A stretch of DNA of 31,592 bases from an uncultured Gemmatimonadales bacterium (GCA_963730185.1 CAVSQW010000016.1:1-31592), one strand, 5' to 3'; counted from the stretch's first letter, positions 1 to 10,178 are shown. A program made the numbers and translations. The notes: generated from the letters alone by a model not told the origin.

Positions 1-95
1 GCTGGACCGTCGGTCACGGTTCAGGCCAGGTCGTAAACCGGCGTGGATATCGTTCTCTGTCTGGCAGCCAATCGCCGCCACTTGCGGAGGCTCAC

Positions 96-1257
96 ATGAG
101 ATGCTGGCTCGCTTTGGCGATCGCCGTCGCTGCTATCGCTCCGCTGGGCGCCTCGTTGGCCGTGGCCCAACGGGTTCCGGCCGTCGGGGCCGCTCACCGG
201 CCCGGTCGGTCGGCTCGGAGAGCCGGCTCTCGGGCGACTTGTCGGCGGCGGACAAGGCCATCGTGGTCCGGCGGCTGGCCGCGATCGAGCGGATCCTGCT
301 CGAGATCCCGGAGTGGCTCCCCCGACGGCTTCGAAATCCGCTCCCAAATGGAGGGCGGCGCCCCGACCGGTCCCGGAAATGTCGTGAGCTATCGATACAG
401 CCTGTGGATCGCCGCTCCGGTGTGGAAAGGGAACGAGGATGTCCTCCCTCGAGGTGGTCATCAACCCACCGGGGAAGGCTCTCAACCTTTGGGCCGCCGT
501 CCACGATCCGCGATGCCCAGGGTGACCTGCTCTACGTCGAAGAAGAGTCGGTGAGCCGGTCAGCGGATCGACACTCGGCTATGGCAACCTCTCGGAGACT
601 GAACGGAGCTGGCGGATGGTGCTGTTGTCGGTGGATGGCGTCTCACCCTGGATACCGGTGAGCCGCCAGGAATACCTCGAAGCGCTGATCTTTGACTGGG
701 AGGGGAAGGGTGGCGAGAAGGTCAAAGGACTTCAGGAATCGCTGCAGAAGACCCGCTATCAGCAGTGGGTCGAAGGCGCCCCGACCCGAAAGAAGACCCC
801 GGGAAGCAATCGTGGCCGGGGTCCGGGCGGTGAATCCGGCCCGGGCCGATTCGACCCTGAAGGAGCTCGAGGATGCCGAGCGCTCCGTGACCGAGCAGCT
901 CAAGGCCGCGGAGCCCCAGGATCGCGAGCAAGCGGCCCGGACAGAGGCCCAGGGAATGCCCGGAGATCCGATCCGGGCCCAGCTCGCGGCCTACACCCCG
1001 GCCGAGCGTGAGCTGCCGGCCTGGACCTTCCCGAGCCTCAGCCTCGCGTCACTCGGGCCCAGAGCCCAGGCAAGGTCCGGATCGTCCGGCGGAATCCGGA
1101 CTTCTACCGGGCCCGGCATTCCCGGCTCGAGCCGCGGGGAATCATGGTCCGGTTCACGGCCAGCATGACGGGGCATCGGCCTCCGGTCCAGCGGGCGCTG
1201 TGGCGGGCCTACCAAACGCTCGACTGGCCTGCTCTGATCCGAATGCTCGAGGAGTAG
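96..1257 (+). CDS. Hypothetical secreted protein, reading frame broken by multiple frameshifts (sequencing errors or pseudogene)
   Basis: GGAGG RBS before ATG96 and a signal-like N-terminus (MRCWLALAIAVAAIAPLGASLAVAQ). Protein-like segments continue across ORFs 101, 96, 616 and 692 and end ...MVRFTASMTGHRPPVQRALWRAYQTLDWPALIRMLEE* at TAG 1255-1257. Confidence 0.6.
1143..1257 (+). repeat. 115-bp direct repeat, copy 1 (3' end of the 96-1257 gene)
   Basis: Aligns ungapped to 3815-3929 with 9 mismatches, counted by hand. Confidence 0.95.
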
Positions 1258-1295
1258 CGGGCGGCCGCTCGGTGAGGCGGTCCCGTCGGGCAGCG

Positions 1296-1685
1296 TCAGC
1301 GCGGAGAGAGCGCGCTGATCGTGACGTAGTACCCGTCCGGATCGCGGAGTGAGAACTCCATCGTTCCGGTATTCCGGTTCAGGTGGGGCTGCTCCTCGAG
1401 TCGAGCGACCAGCGCGCGCGCCCTCGGCAGCGCCCGGTCGAAGTCATCGACGCGAAAGAACAGGAGGAGGCCGTTGCCGGGCCGCGCCTGATCAGGGTTC
1501 GCCAAGGAGGGATGCTCGTGGGCACCCCACTCGTGCAGGCAGAGCAACACCGTTCCGTCCGAGTCGAGAACTTGACCGAAGTGGTCGTGGGCGGGAGCCG
1601 TCTCCGGCAGGCCAAGCAGCGACTGGTACCACTCGAAGCTGCGAGGCACGTCGGCAACGCCTATGATGGTCCAGGTGCGCCTCAT
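1296..1685 (-). CDS. VOC (glyoxalase/bleomycin-resistance) family protein
   Basis: 129 aa with IIGVADVPRSFEWYQSLLG, LLLFFRVDDFD and EFSLRDPDGYYVTI motifs. Confidence 0.9.
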   Translation of the reverse strand: MRRTWTIIGVADVPRSFEWYQSLLGLPETAPAHDHFGQVLDSDGTVLLCLHEWGAHEHPSLANPDQARPGNGLLLFFRVDDFDRALPRARALVARLEEQPHLNRNTGTMEFSLRDPDGYYVTISALSPR

Positions 1686-1904
1686 GGTGCTGAGGATGAC
1701 ATCGCTGATCTCCGTCTCGCCGTTCCCACGGCGGTTGAACGAACCAAGCTACGGCTCAGCGGGATCGCAAACAAGAAGCGGCGGGCGGCGACGCCAGCGC
1801 GCTATGCGGTGTGAAGGGCGTTTCGCTCACCCTTCATTGGGGGTTGGCCAACGGGGCCAGCTTCAAAGGTGCGACCGGAAAGCGCACCAACCCGCGAGGA
1901 AGCC

Positions 1905-2063
1905 ATGACGAGGAATCCAGGCGATCGGTACACCTGCACGAGGTGCGGCGCGACACTGGTGTACGAGAAGGGGTGCCCGTGCCCTCCGCCAATGCCCCAT
2001 TCGGAGATCTGCTGCGGCGTGCCGATGGAGCTTGTGAAGGCGACGGCGGGGGCCGCAAGGTAG
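1905..2063 (+). CDS. Small Cys-rich metal-binding protein, desulforedoxin-like (52 aa)
   Basis: GAGGA RBS before ATG1905; YTCTRCG...CPC...EICCGVPM. Confidence 0.7.
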   Translation: MTRNPGDRYTCTRCGATLVYEKGCPCPPPMPHSEICCGVPMELVKATAGAAR

Positions 2064-2177
2064 CCAGTTGTCTCGTTGTAGCGCCACGCCGACGTGCGGA
2101 GGGCGGCCCGGGGGTGCGGTGGCTCGAGGCCCGGATGGCGCCGAGCCCGGCAACCGGCTGGTGTCGCGGCCCTCGGC

Positions 2178-2345
2178 TCAGGGCTTCTTGAGGAATCGCA
2201 AATAGAATGCTCCGAACAGCAGGACAATGCCGATGTTCGCGAGCAGCCGTTCGAAGAGGCGATGCCGAAAAAAGAGCACGTCTACACCAACGATGACGAC
2301 GATCATCACCACGGCGTAGAGGATGCCAAGTACGGGTTTTCTCAT
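2178..2345 (-). CDS. Small two-TM membrane protein (55 aa), not in the ORF track
   Basis: Hand translation: MRKPVLGILYAVVMIVVIVGVDVLFFRHRLFERLLANIGIVLLFGAFYLRFLKKP*. Confidence 0.75.
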   Translation of the reverse strand: MRKPVLGILYAVVMIVVIVGVDVLFFRHRLFERLLANIGIVLLFGAFYLRFLKKP

Positions 2346-2411
2346 GTCGATCACTGGTTGAGACAGGTCGGCAGCTGAATGCCCATGGAGCCGCCCGGGC
2401 CCGTCCCCCGG

Positions 2412-3575
2412 CTACTGGGGCGAGAAGTCACGGAGCCGGCCGACCGTGGCGGCATCGAGGCGCTGGATGAGGGCGAGCAGCAGCTCGACCGTGCGGTCGT
2501 AGTCGGCGCGATTGATGATGCCGTTGTGGGTATGGGTGTAGCGGGTCGGCACGAGGAGGGTGATGGTCGGAACCCCACCGTTGCTCTTCTGGATCTCGGC
2601 CGCGTCGTCGCCGTATCCCTGAATCAGCTCGCCCTGGAGCGGAATGCCCCGGTCCGCGGCGGTCCGACGGGCCAGGGCGACGAAGCTCCGGTTCGGGAGC
2701 TCGCTGCCGTTGTAGAGGAAGATGCCCGGTCCGCCGCCGAGGACCTCCTGGGCCTGGTCGGGACCGACGCCGGGGATGTCGTTGGTCACGCCCGCTTCGA
2801 TCGCGACGGCCACGTCCGGCTTGACCAGCTCGGCGGCGGTGCGTGCCCCACGGAGCCCGATTTCCTCCTGCACCGTCGCCGCGTAGAAGAGCTGATTGGG
2901 GTGCGGGGTGCCGGCCAGACGGCGCATCACATCCAGGACGATGGCGCAGCCGACCCGATCATCCCAGGCCTTGCCCAGGTAGTTCTGAGTGCCGTTCAGG
3001 ATCGCGAAGGGAGAGTCGGGCACGATCGGGTCGCCGGGACCGACGCCGAGGTCGCGGACTTGAGCGGCAGTGGTCGCGCCGACGTCGAGAAAGAGCTTGT
3101 CCCGCGGATCCAGGAGCGCGCCGCCGGCGCCGTTGCCGACCAGATGCGCGTCCCGCACCGTCGACGTGGCCAATACCGGTCCCTTGGAGCCGAGAATGGT
3201 CCACCGCTGGCCGACCAGCACTTCGTCGAGCCATCCGCCCAGCATCTGCATCGTCAGGAACCCGTCCGGTGTGACCCGGCGCACCAGGGCGCCCAGCTCG
3301 TCCATATGGACGTCGATCATGACTCGCGGACCGTTGCTGCCTTGGACGGCGATGACCGAGCCGAGGCCGTCGGATAGCATCCGGTCGGCCACGGGGGTCA
3401 TGTGCTCGACCATGAGCTTCCGCACCGGCTCTTCGAAACCCGACGGGCCGTGGGCGTTGCTGAGCAGCTCGAGCAGCTGGACGGTCGGATCCTGCGCGGC
3501 GGCCGCATCGGGCGAGAGCAACGAGACCGCGGCCAGCATCCCGAGTGCCGCCAGGGACGAGCGACGGCTGCGCAT
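2412..3575 (-). CDS. M42 family metallo-aminopeptidase with signal peptide (alternative start 3605)
   Basis: GPSGFEEPVR, DVHMDELG, KAWDDRVG, TVQEEIGLRGA, AIEAG and RYTHTH motifs; AAA|Q signal cleavage. The 688-aa ORF in the track is an artefactual fusion with a cusA segment. Confidence 0.9.
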   Translation of the reverse strand: MRSRRSSLAALGMLAAVSLLSPDAAAAQDPTVQLLELLSNAHGPSGFEEPVRKLMVEHMTPVADRMLSDGLGSVIAVQGSNGPRVMIDVHMDELGALVRRVTPDGFLTMQMLGGWLDEVLVGQRWTILGSKGPVLATSTVRDAHLVGNGAGGALLDPRDKLFLDVGATTAAQVRDLGVGPGDPIVPDSPFAILNGTQNYLGKAWDDRVGCAIVLDVMRRLAGTPHPNQLFYAATVQEEIGLRGARTAAELVKPDVAVAIEAGVTNDIPGVGPDQAQEVLGGGPGIFLYNGSELPNRSFVALARRTAADRGIPLQGELIQGYGDDAAEIQKSNGGVPTITLLVPTRYTHTHNGIINRADYDRTVELLLALIQRLDAATVGRLRDFSPQ

Positions 3576-3814
3576 CAGACGAGTCGACCAGCGTTGCTGA
3601 GGCATCGAGCCATCCCCGTTGTGGGTTCGGAGCGGAAGGTGGATCCTGGCACAGTCGGCAGCCGAAGGCACGCTCGACGAAGCTATCCGCCGGTCCCGCA
3701 AAGCGCCACGCAATACCCACCACGACCCCAACCAGGGCCGAAGGGGCACCAGGATCCCGAACGCGCAGGATTCGGACCCGCCACGGCGCGGTGGTCGGCT
3801 CGGTTTCGAGCTGG

Positions 3815-3929
3815 CATGGTCCGGTTCGCGGCCGGCATGACGGGGAACCGTCCTCCGGTCCAGCGGGCGCTGTGGCGCGCCTACCAAACGCTCGACTGGC
3901 CAGCGCTGATTCGAATGCTCGAGGAGTAG
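3815..3929 (+). repeat. 115-bp direct repeat, copy 2 (orphan gene 3' end overlapping the cusA 3' end)
   Basis: Encodes MVRFAAGMTGNRPPVQRALWRAYQTLDWPALIRMLEE*; similarity to copy 1 stops abruptly on both sides. Confidence 0.95.
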
Positions 3930-6900
3930 GGGTCCGGCCGCCGGGCCAGCTGCCCGCGCCGCCAGAGGACGTAGATCGAGGGAATCACCACCAGCGTCAG
4001 GAGCGTGGCCGTGAGCATCCCGCCCACCATTGGCGCCGCGATCCGTTTCATCACGTCGGCCCCGGTCCCATGGCTCCAGAGGATCGGCGCCAGGCCCGGC
4101 CATGATCGCGACCACGGTCATCATCTTGGGCCGGAGCCGCTCCACCGCGCCCTCGCGGACCGCGGCGGCGACGTCACCGGCGTTCCGCATCCGGCCTTCG
4201 AGGCGCCGGCGATGGAAGGCCTCGTCGAGATAGATCAGCATCACCACGCCGGTCTCGGCCGCGACGCCCGCCAGCGCGATGAAGCCGACCCAGACCGCCA
4301 CGCTGGTGTTGTAGCCCGCGAGCCAGAGGAACCACACCCCGCCTACCAGGGCGAAGGGCACCGACAACATCACGATCAGCGACTCGCTCACGCTCCGGAA
4401 GTTGAGGTAGAGCAAGAGGAAGATGATCCCGAGCGTGACCGGGAGGACCAGGTTCAGCTTCTGACGGACCCGCTGCATGAACTCGTATTGCCCGCTCCAG
4501 GCGAGGGTGTAGCCCGGCCGGCAGGGTCAGGCTCCGGGCCACGACGGCCTGGGCGTCCCGCACATAACTGCCGACGTCGCGATCGCCGATGTCGACGAAC
4601 ACCGTCGTGACCGGGAAGGCGTTCTCGGTCTTCACCGCCATCGGTCCCTGGATGACTTTGACCGTGGCCACCTGGCCGAGCGGAATCTGAGCCCCGCCCA
4701 TGGCGGGGATCACCACCTCGCGGAGCTTCTGGACGTCGTCCCGGAGCTCGCGGGGGTAGCGGACGTTGACCGCATAGCGCTCCCGGCCTTCCACCGTGTG
4801 GGCGGCATCCATCCCGCCGACCGTCGCCATGATGGCGCTGTGAATGTCGCCCGCGTTGAGGCCGTACCGCGCGGCCTCCGACCGCTGGATGTCGATGTCC
4901 ACGTAGTATCCCGACACCCCGCGCTCGGCGAACGCGCTTCGGGTGCCGGGCACCTGCTGGACGATTCGCTCGACCCGCTCGCCCAATGCCTGGAGGGTGT
5001 CGAGATCGGGCCCGAAGATCTTGATGCCCACCGGGGTCCGGATGCCGGTCGCCAGCATGTCGATCCGCCCCTTGATGGGCATGGTCCACGCGTTGGTGAC
5101 GCCGGGGAGTTGGGTGGCCCGGTCCAGTTCGCCGATCAGGCGCTCGTAGGTCATCCCCGAGCGCCACTGGTCCTCCGGCTTGAGCGTGATGGTGGTCTCG
5201 TACATGTCGAGCGGGGCCGGGTCGGTCGCGGTTTCGGCCCGTCCGGCCTTGCCCAGGACCGAGCGCGACTTCCGGAAACGTGGCCAGGACGCTGTCCTGG
5301 TACCGCATGATTTCCCGGGCCTGGGCAATCGAGACGCCGGGCACGGTGGTCGGCATGAAGAGGATCGACCCCTCGTGGAGCGGCGGCATGAACTCGCTGC
5401 CCAGCCGGCCCCAGGGCACGGCGGTGACGCCGAGCACCGCCAGCGCCCCGGCGATGACCACCCAGGGCCACCGGAGCGCGAAGCCGAGCACCGGCCGGTA
5501 GACCCACTGGAGGGCGCGGTTGATCGGGTTGCTGCGTTCCGGGCGGATCCGACCCCGGACCAGGTAGCCCATCAGCACCGGCACCAGCGTGATCGAGAGG
5601 AAGGCCGCCCCGGCCATGGCGAACGTCTTGGTGAAGGCCAGCGGCTTGAAGAGCCGACCCTCCTGCTGCTCCAGCGAAAACACCGGCAGGAAGCTGAAGG
5701 TGATGATCAGGAGCGAGTAGAAGAGCGGCGGGCCGACCTGCTTGGCGCTCTCGAGCACGATCTCCCACCGCGAGGTGGTGCTCCCCGCCGCCCGCTCCAC
5801 GTGCTTGTGCAGGTTCTCGATCATCACGATCGCCCCGTCGACCATCGCCCCGATGGCGATCGCGATCCCGCCGAGGCTCATGATGTTGGCGCTCACGCCG
5901 AGCAGCCGCATCACGATGAACGAGAAGAGAATGCCGAGCGGGAGGGTGATGATGGCGACCAGGGCGGAGCGGACGTGGAGCAGGAACAGCACCGCGATCG
6001 CCGCCACCACCAGCGACTCCTCCACCAGCTTGCTCCGGAGGGTGGCGATCGCCCGGTGGATCAGGTCGCTCCGGTCGTAGGCGGTCCGGAGCTTGACCCG
6101 GGGCGGAAGCCCCGCCTGAATCTGGCCGATCCGGGCCTTCACCGCCTCGATGGTCTTGAGGGCGTCGGAGCCGAACCGCATCACCACGATCCCGGCCACC
6201 ACCTCGCCCCGGCCGTTCCAGTCGGCCGCGCCCCGCCGGGGCGCCGGGCCCAGCTGCACGGTGGCCACGTCGGCCACCCGGATCGGCGTGCCGCTCGGCG
6301 TGGCCCCGACGGTGACGTCCTCGATGTCGCTGATGCCCTTCAGGTAGCCGAGCCCGCGGATCATGTATTCGCGCCCCCCCATCTCGAGCACCCGGGCGCC
6401 GATGTCCACGTTGTGGTCGCCGATGGCCCGGGCCACCCGGGTCACCGGGATGTCGAACGCCCGGAGCCGCTCGGGATCGACCTCGACCTGATACTGCTTC
6501 ACGAACCCGCCCAGGGTGGCGACCTCGGAGACGCCCGGGATCGCGGTGAGCTGGTAGCGGAGGTACCAGTCCTGGAGCGAGCGGAGCTGGGCCAGGTCGA
6601 GACTGTCGGACTCCAGGGTGTACTCGAAGATCCAGCCGACCCCGGTGGCGTCGGGACCGAGCACCGGCTCGGCGGACTGGGGCAGCTGCCGGCGGATCCC
6701 GTTCAGGTATTCGAGCACTCGCGAGCGGGCCCAATAGATGTCGGTCCCGTCCTCGAAGATCACGTAGACGAGGCTCAGGCCGAAGAACGAATAGCCGCGG
6801 ACCACCCGGGCGCCCGGGACCTTGAGCATCTCCGACGCGATCGGATAGGTGATCTGGTCCTCGACGATTTGCGGCGCCTGCTCGGCGAAGTCGGTCTGGA

Positions 6901-7045
6901 CGATGACCTGGACGTCGGAGAGGTCGGGGATCGCGTCGAGCGGGGTCGTGGCCATGGCCCAGATGCCGCCCGCCGCCAGCGCGGCGGTGCCGAGCAGGAC
7001 CAGGAACCGGTTCCGGAGCGACCAGGCGATGACCGCGCTAATCAT
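3881..7045 (-). CDS. cusA: CusA/SilA family Cu(I)/Ag(I) RND efflux transporter; frameshifts near 5270, 4515 and 4095
   Basis: MISAVIAWSLRNRF, TPLDAIPDLSDVQVIV, GPDATGVGW, SLGGIAIAIGAMVDGAIVMIEN, ERLRPKMMT, MKRIAAPMVGG. Met triad equivalent to E. coli CusA M573/M623/M672 (LFMPTT, PLDMYET, RIDMLAT). Repaired frame ends at TAG 3881-3883. Confidence 0.92.
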
Positions 7046-8270
7046 GGTCGTGCTCCGGGGTCGTCGGAGCCGGCCGGGCCGGCTGGTCGATCGCGCCGTG
7101 CTGCATCCCGGGCATGGCCCGGCTGGTGGCGGCCAGCCGGGACTCGGCGTCCACCAGGAAGTTGGCCGACCCCACGATCGTCTCGCCCTCGGCGAGGCCG
7201 GAGAGCACCTCGACCCGGTCGCCGGCCCGGTTGCCGAGCACGACGTCGCGCGGGAGGAGGGTGCCGTCGGCGGTCCGGACGAACACCAGGTTCCGTTGGC
7301 CGGTGACCACCACGGCCGCGCGCGGCACCGCGATGACCGACCGGCCCACCACCGCATCGACGTAGAGGGTCGCGAACATTCCCGGCTTGAGCCTGAGGCC
7401 CGGGTTGGGCAAGGTGATCCGTACCCGGTTGGTCCGGCTCTGGACGTCGACGGTCGGGTAGACGAAGCTGACCCGGCCCATGACGTGCTCGCCGGGGTAG
7501 GCGGACACCTCGATGTGGGCCTGGGCGCCCTCGCGAATCAAAGCCAGGTCCTGCTCGAAGACCTCGCCCTCGACCCAGACCTCGGAGAGGTCGGCCAGTC
7601 GGTAGAGGGTCTCGCCGGGCATCACCCGCTGGCCCTCGACCACCTTCTTCTCCAGCACGATGCCATGGACCGGCGAGACCAGGGTCAGCAGCTTGGTCAC
7701 GGTCCCGTCGCGCGCCAGCCGGTCGATCTGCTCGTCGGTGATGTCCCAGTAGCTGAGCCGGCGGCGGGCGGCGGCGAGGGTGGCTTGCGCCGCCCGCCAG
7801 GCCTCGGCCGAGGTGCTGTCGAGGCGGCTCACCAGGCGCTGCGCCGTGAGGAACTCCTCCTGCGCCGCCACCAGCGCGGGGCTGTAGAGCGTGAGGATCG
7901 GCTGTCCCCGGTGCACCGTCTCGCCGGTGGTGCTCACCATCAGCCGCTCGACGAAGCCCTCGATCTTCGGGGTGACCTCGGCCACCCGCGACTCGGGCGC
8001 GATGATCTCGCCCACCGTGCGGATCGTCTTGGTGAGGGTCTCCCGGCCTACGGTGGTGTACGACACGCCGAGGGCCCGCTCCTCCTCGGGCGTCAGGTGG
8101 ACCGCCTGGCGGACGGCCATCCCGGTCGAGTCCATGGTCTGGTTGCCGCCGGCCTGCATCCGGGCATGCTCCTCCGCCGTCATCCCCGCCATCGGCGACT
8201 CGGCCTTGGGCTCGCCTCGACCGCACCCCGCGGCGAGCGCCGCGAGCAGGACCACGAAGATCGCCCTCAT
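7038..8270 (-). CDS. cusB: CusB-like RND periplasmic adaptor (membrane fusion lipoprotein)
   Basis: Lipobox LAAGC; LYSPALVAAQEEFL, LADLSEVWVEGEVFE, LKPGMFA; Met/His-rich termini; overlaps the cusA start. Confidence 0.9.
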   Translation of the reverse strand: MRAIFVVLLAALAAGCGRGEPKAESPMAGMTAEEHARMQAGGNQTMDSTGMAVRQAVHLTPEEERALGVSYTTVGRETLTKTIRTVGEIIAPESRVAEVTPKIEGFVERLMVSTTGETVHRGQPILTLYSPALVAAQEEFLTAQRLVSRLDSTSAEAWRAAQATLAAARRRLSYWDITDEQIDRLARDGTVTKLLTLVSPVHGIVLEKKVVEGQRVMPGETLYRLADLSEVWVEGEVFEQDLALIREGAQAHIEVSAYPGEHVMGRVSFVYPTVDVQSRTNRVRITLPNPGLRLKPGMFATLYVDAVVGRSVIAVPRAAVVVTGQRNLVFVRTADGTLLPRDVVLGNRAGDRVEVLSGLAEGETIVGSANFLVDAESRLAATSRAMPGMQHGAIDQPARPAPTTPEHDHD

Positions 8271-9499
8271 CGGTCGCTCCCGCGCCCGCCGAGCAGGGCG
8301 TCGATCCGGGCTTCGGCCTGGCGATAGGTGGCGGTCAGGCGGACCCGCTCGATCTCGTAGCGGTTCACGGTCAGCTCGCTTTCGACCAGGGTCATGTAGT
8401 CCACCCTGCCGACCCGGTAGGCCGACATCGCCGACTCCACCGCCGCCCGGGCCTGGGGAAGGATCGCGGTGTCGTAGAGCCGAGCCAGGCTCCAGGCCCG
8501 CTCGGCGTCGGCGCGCTGCTCGGTCAGGGTGGCGAAGGTCTCGTTGTCGAGGTCCCGGGCCATCGCCTCTTCGCTGGCCCGGGTGGCAGCCATCTCGCGG
8601 CGGATCGGGAGCTGGCGGCGGCCGGCCCAGATCGGGACGCTCACCCCCACCATCAGGGTGGCCATGTCGTCGTACCGGGGGCGCTGGCCGTAGGCCAGGC
8701 CGAGCATCAGGTCGGGATAGACCTCCCGGCGAGCGGCGTCGTAACCCGCCTCGGCCGCTCGGATCCGCTCGGCCGCCGCCCGGAGCGCCGGTCGGGCCGC
8801 GCGGGCCTGGGCCAGGAGCGAGTCGATCGCCGCGGGCTGGCCCGCCGGCTCGGGCAGCTCCAGGGGGCCGACCGAGTCGGTCGCCGGCCGCCCGAGCCGG
8901 GCGTTGAGCCGGGCGATCGCGGCGATCCGGTTCTGCTCCATGACGGTCAGGTCTTCCGTCATCCGGGCCACGGCCACCTGGGCCTGGAGCACGTCCTGCT
9001 GGAGCCCCTCGCCCACGGCGTAGCGGGTCTGGGAGACCTGGAAGAAGTCGCGGAGGAGGTCCCGGGTGCGGCGCATGATCGCGATCGCCCGGTCCATGTA
9101 GGCGGCCTCGTAGTAGTCGGCGGCGACCTCCGCGGCCAACTGGGCGCGCTGCTCGTCCGCGGAGAGCGAATCGGCGACCGCCAGGCGCGCCGCCTGCGAC
9201 CGGGCGAGCCGGAGCTTGCCCGGCCAGGGCAGGGTCTGGCTGATCTGGATCTGGTTCATGGTCATCGGCTCGGCCGTGCCGAAGCCCGAGACCGGGCGGT
9301 TCATGAGCGAGAGGGTGAGGATCGGGTCCGGCAGCGCGCCGGCCGGGGCGACCCGCTCGGCCGCCGCATCGGCCCGGAGCCGGCTCGCGGCGAGGGCCGG
9401 GTTGGCGAAGGCCGCGAGCGCCTGAGCTTGGGCCAGACGGAACGTATCGGGCGGCGCGGCGCCGGCCAGCGTCGCCAGGAGCAGTGTGATCGCGGTCAT
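8267..9499 (-). CDS. cusC: TolC/CusC family outer membrane factor
   Basis: GALPDP, SQTLPWPGKL, RYAVGEGLQQDVLQAQV, YRVGRVDYMTLV; 4-bp overlap with cusB. Confidence 0.85.
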   Translation of the reverse strand: MTAITLLLATLAGAAPPDTFRLAQAQALAAFANPALAASRLRADAAAERVAPAGALPDPILTLSLMNRPVSGFGTAEPMTMNQIQISQTLPWPGKLRLARSQAARLAVADSLSADEQRAQLAAEVAADYYEAAYMDRAIAIMRRTRDLLRDFFQVSQTRYAVGEGLQQDVLQAQVAVARMTEDLTVMEQNRIAAIARLNARLGRPATDSVGPLELPEPAGQPAAIDSLLAQARAARPALRAAAERIRAAEAGYDAARREVYPDLMLGLAYGQRPRYDDMATLMVGVSVPIWAGRRQLPIRREMAATRASEEAMARDLDNETFATLTEQRADAERAWSLARLYDTAILPQARAAVESAMSAYRVGRVDYMTLVESELTVNRYEIERVRLTATYRQAEARIDALLGGRGSDR

Positions 9500-9511
9500 A
9501 GGCGCCCGTGG

Positions 9512-9527
9512 GGCAGGGCGCGAGCCA
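9512..9527 (-). promoter_or_regulatory. Putative sigma54 (-24/-12) promoter for cusCBA
   Basis: Minus strand TGGCTCGCGCCCTGCC = GG-N10-GC. Shares an upstream GACA-N3-GGTT box (9556-9566) at the same offset as the promoter at 10280-10295. Confidence 0.55.
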
Positions 9528-9611
9528 TACCGGTGTCTTGGGTAGTTACTTATGAGACAACGGGTTGTCGGGCGGGTCGGCGACCGGTGGCCCGGCTAGG
9601 TGGGGGAGGCC

Positions 9612-9646
9612 GCCGGGTCGGTGGGGCATTTGCCCCGCCGCCCGGC
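9612..9646 (-). terminator. GC-rich stem-loop just downstream of the Ig-fold lipoprotein gene
   Basis: GCCGGGTCGGTGGGGCA-TT-TGCCCCGCCGCCCGGC imperfect inverted repeat about 10 nt after the stop; no U-tract. Confidence 0.5.
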
Positions 9647-9656
9647 AACCCGAAGC

Positions 9657-10178
9657 TCACGCGGTCGTGAAGGTGAATACCATGCCGTAGGAGCCGTCGG
9701 CATTCCGCCAGCCGCTCCCCATGCCGCTGCCCATTTGTCCGTGGGCGGAGCCCGGTCCCATCTGCCCGGCTTGGAGCCTCTGCCCACCGAGCTGCTGGCA
9801 GCTTCCATAGTCGAGCTCGGCGCCATCGCGGTCCACCATGTCGCCGCCCAGGTGTATGGCGTACGTCGTGGCCTGCTCGAGCGGCTGGTCGGGGCGGATC
9901 GTGAGCATGGTCCGGTCGGAGGACCAGATGGCGGTGATGGGAACGGTTGGGCCGTCGATGTCGCCCAGGTGCAGGTCGACGTACTGCTCCATGCCGAATC
10001 CCATCGGGTGGTCGAAGGTGAGGACGACGGGCGCCGCCGGGTCGACGGCGGTCGCGCCTTCGCTCGGCGCCACGGAGAGCAGCGCCGGGGCGTCGCCGCC
10101 GGCGGTGTCGGTCGAGCTCGAGCAGGCAACGGCTCCGGCGCCAGTCGCGAGGACGACGAGAGCGGGTAGGAAACGCAT
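9657..10178 (-). CDS. Ig-like (Big_5/SbsA-type) domain lipoprotein with Met/His/Gly-rich loop; candidate periplasmic copper binder
   Basis: AAGGAGG RBS; lipobox AVAC; SVAPSEGATAVDPAAPVVLTFDHPM, LTIRPDQPLEQATTYAI; QMGPGSAHGQMGSGMGSGW. Confidence 0.8.
   Translation of the reverse strand: MRFLPALVVLATGAGAVACSSSTDTAGGDAPALLSVAPSEGATAVDPAAPVVLTFDHPMGFGMEQYVDLHLGDIDGPTVPITAIWSSDRTMLTIRPDQPLEQATTYAIHLGGDMVDRDGAELDYGSCQQLGGQRLQAGQMGPGSAHGQMGSGMGSGWRNADGSYGMVFTFTTA

Noticed and set aside
1258..1800. VOC gene as an intact integron cassette
   Set aside because: No convincing RYYYAAC after the stop and no GTTRRRY with a paired arm upstream.
3620..3810. Possible further membrane-protein fragment on the minus strand (SALVGVVVGIAWRFAG)
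   Set aside because: Too short, and no family motif I can recognise.
2412..4478. Apparent 688-aa CusA-M42 peptidase fusion
   Set aside because: Caused by a frameshift near 4095 in cusA. The true cusA tail is in another frame and the peptidase has its own signal peptide.
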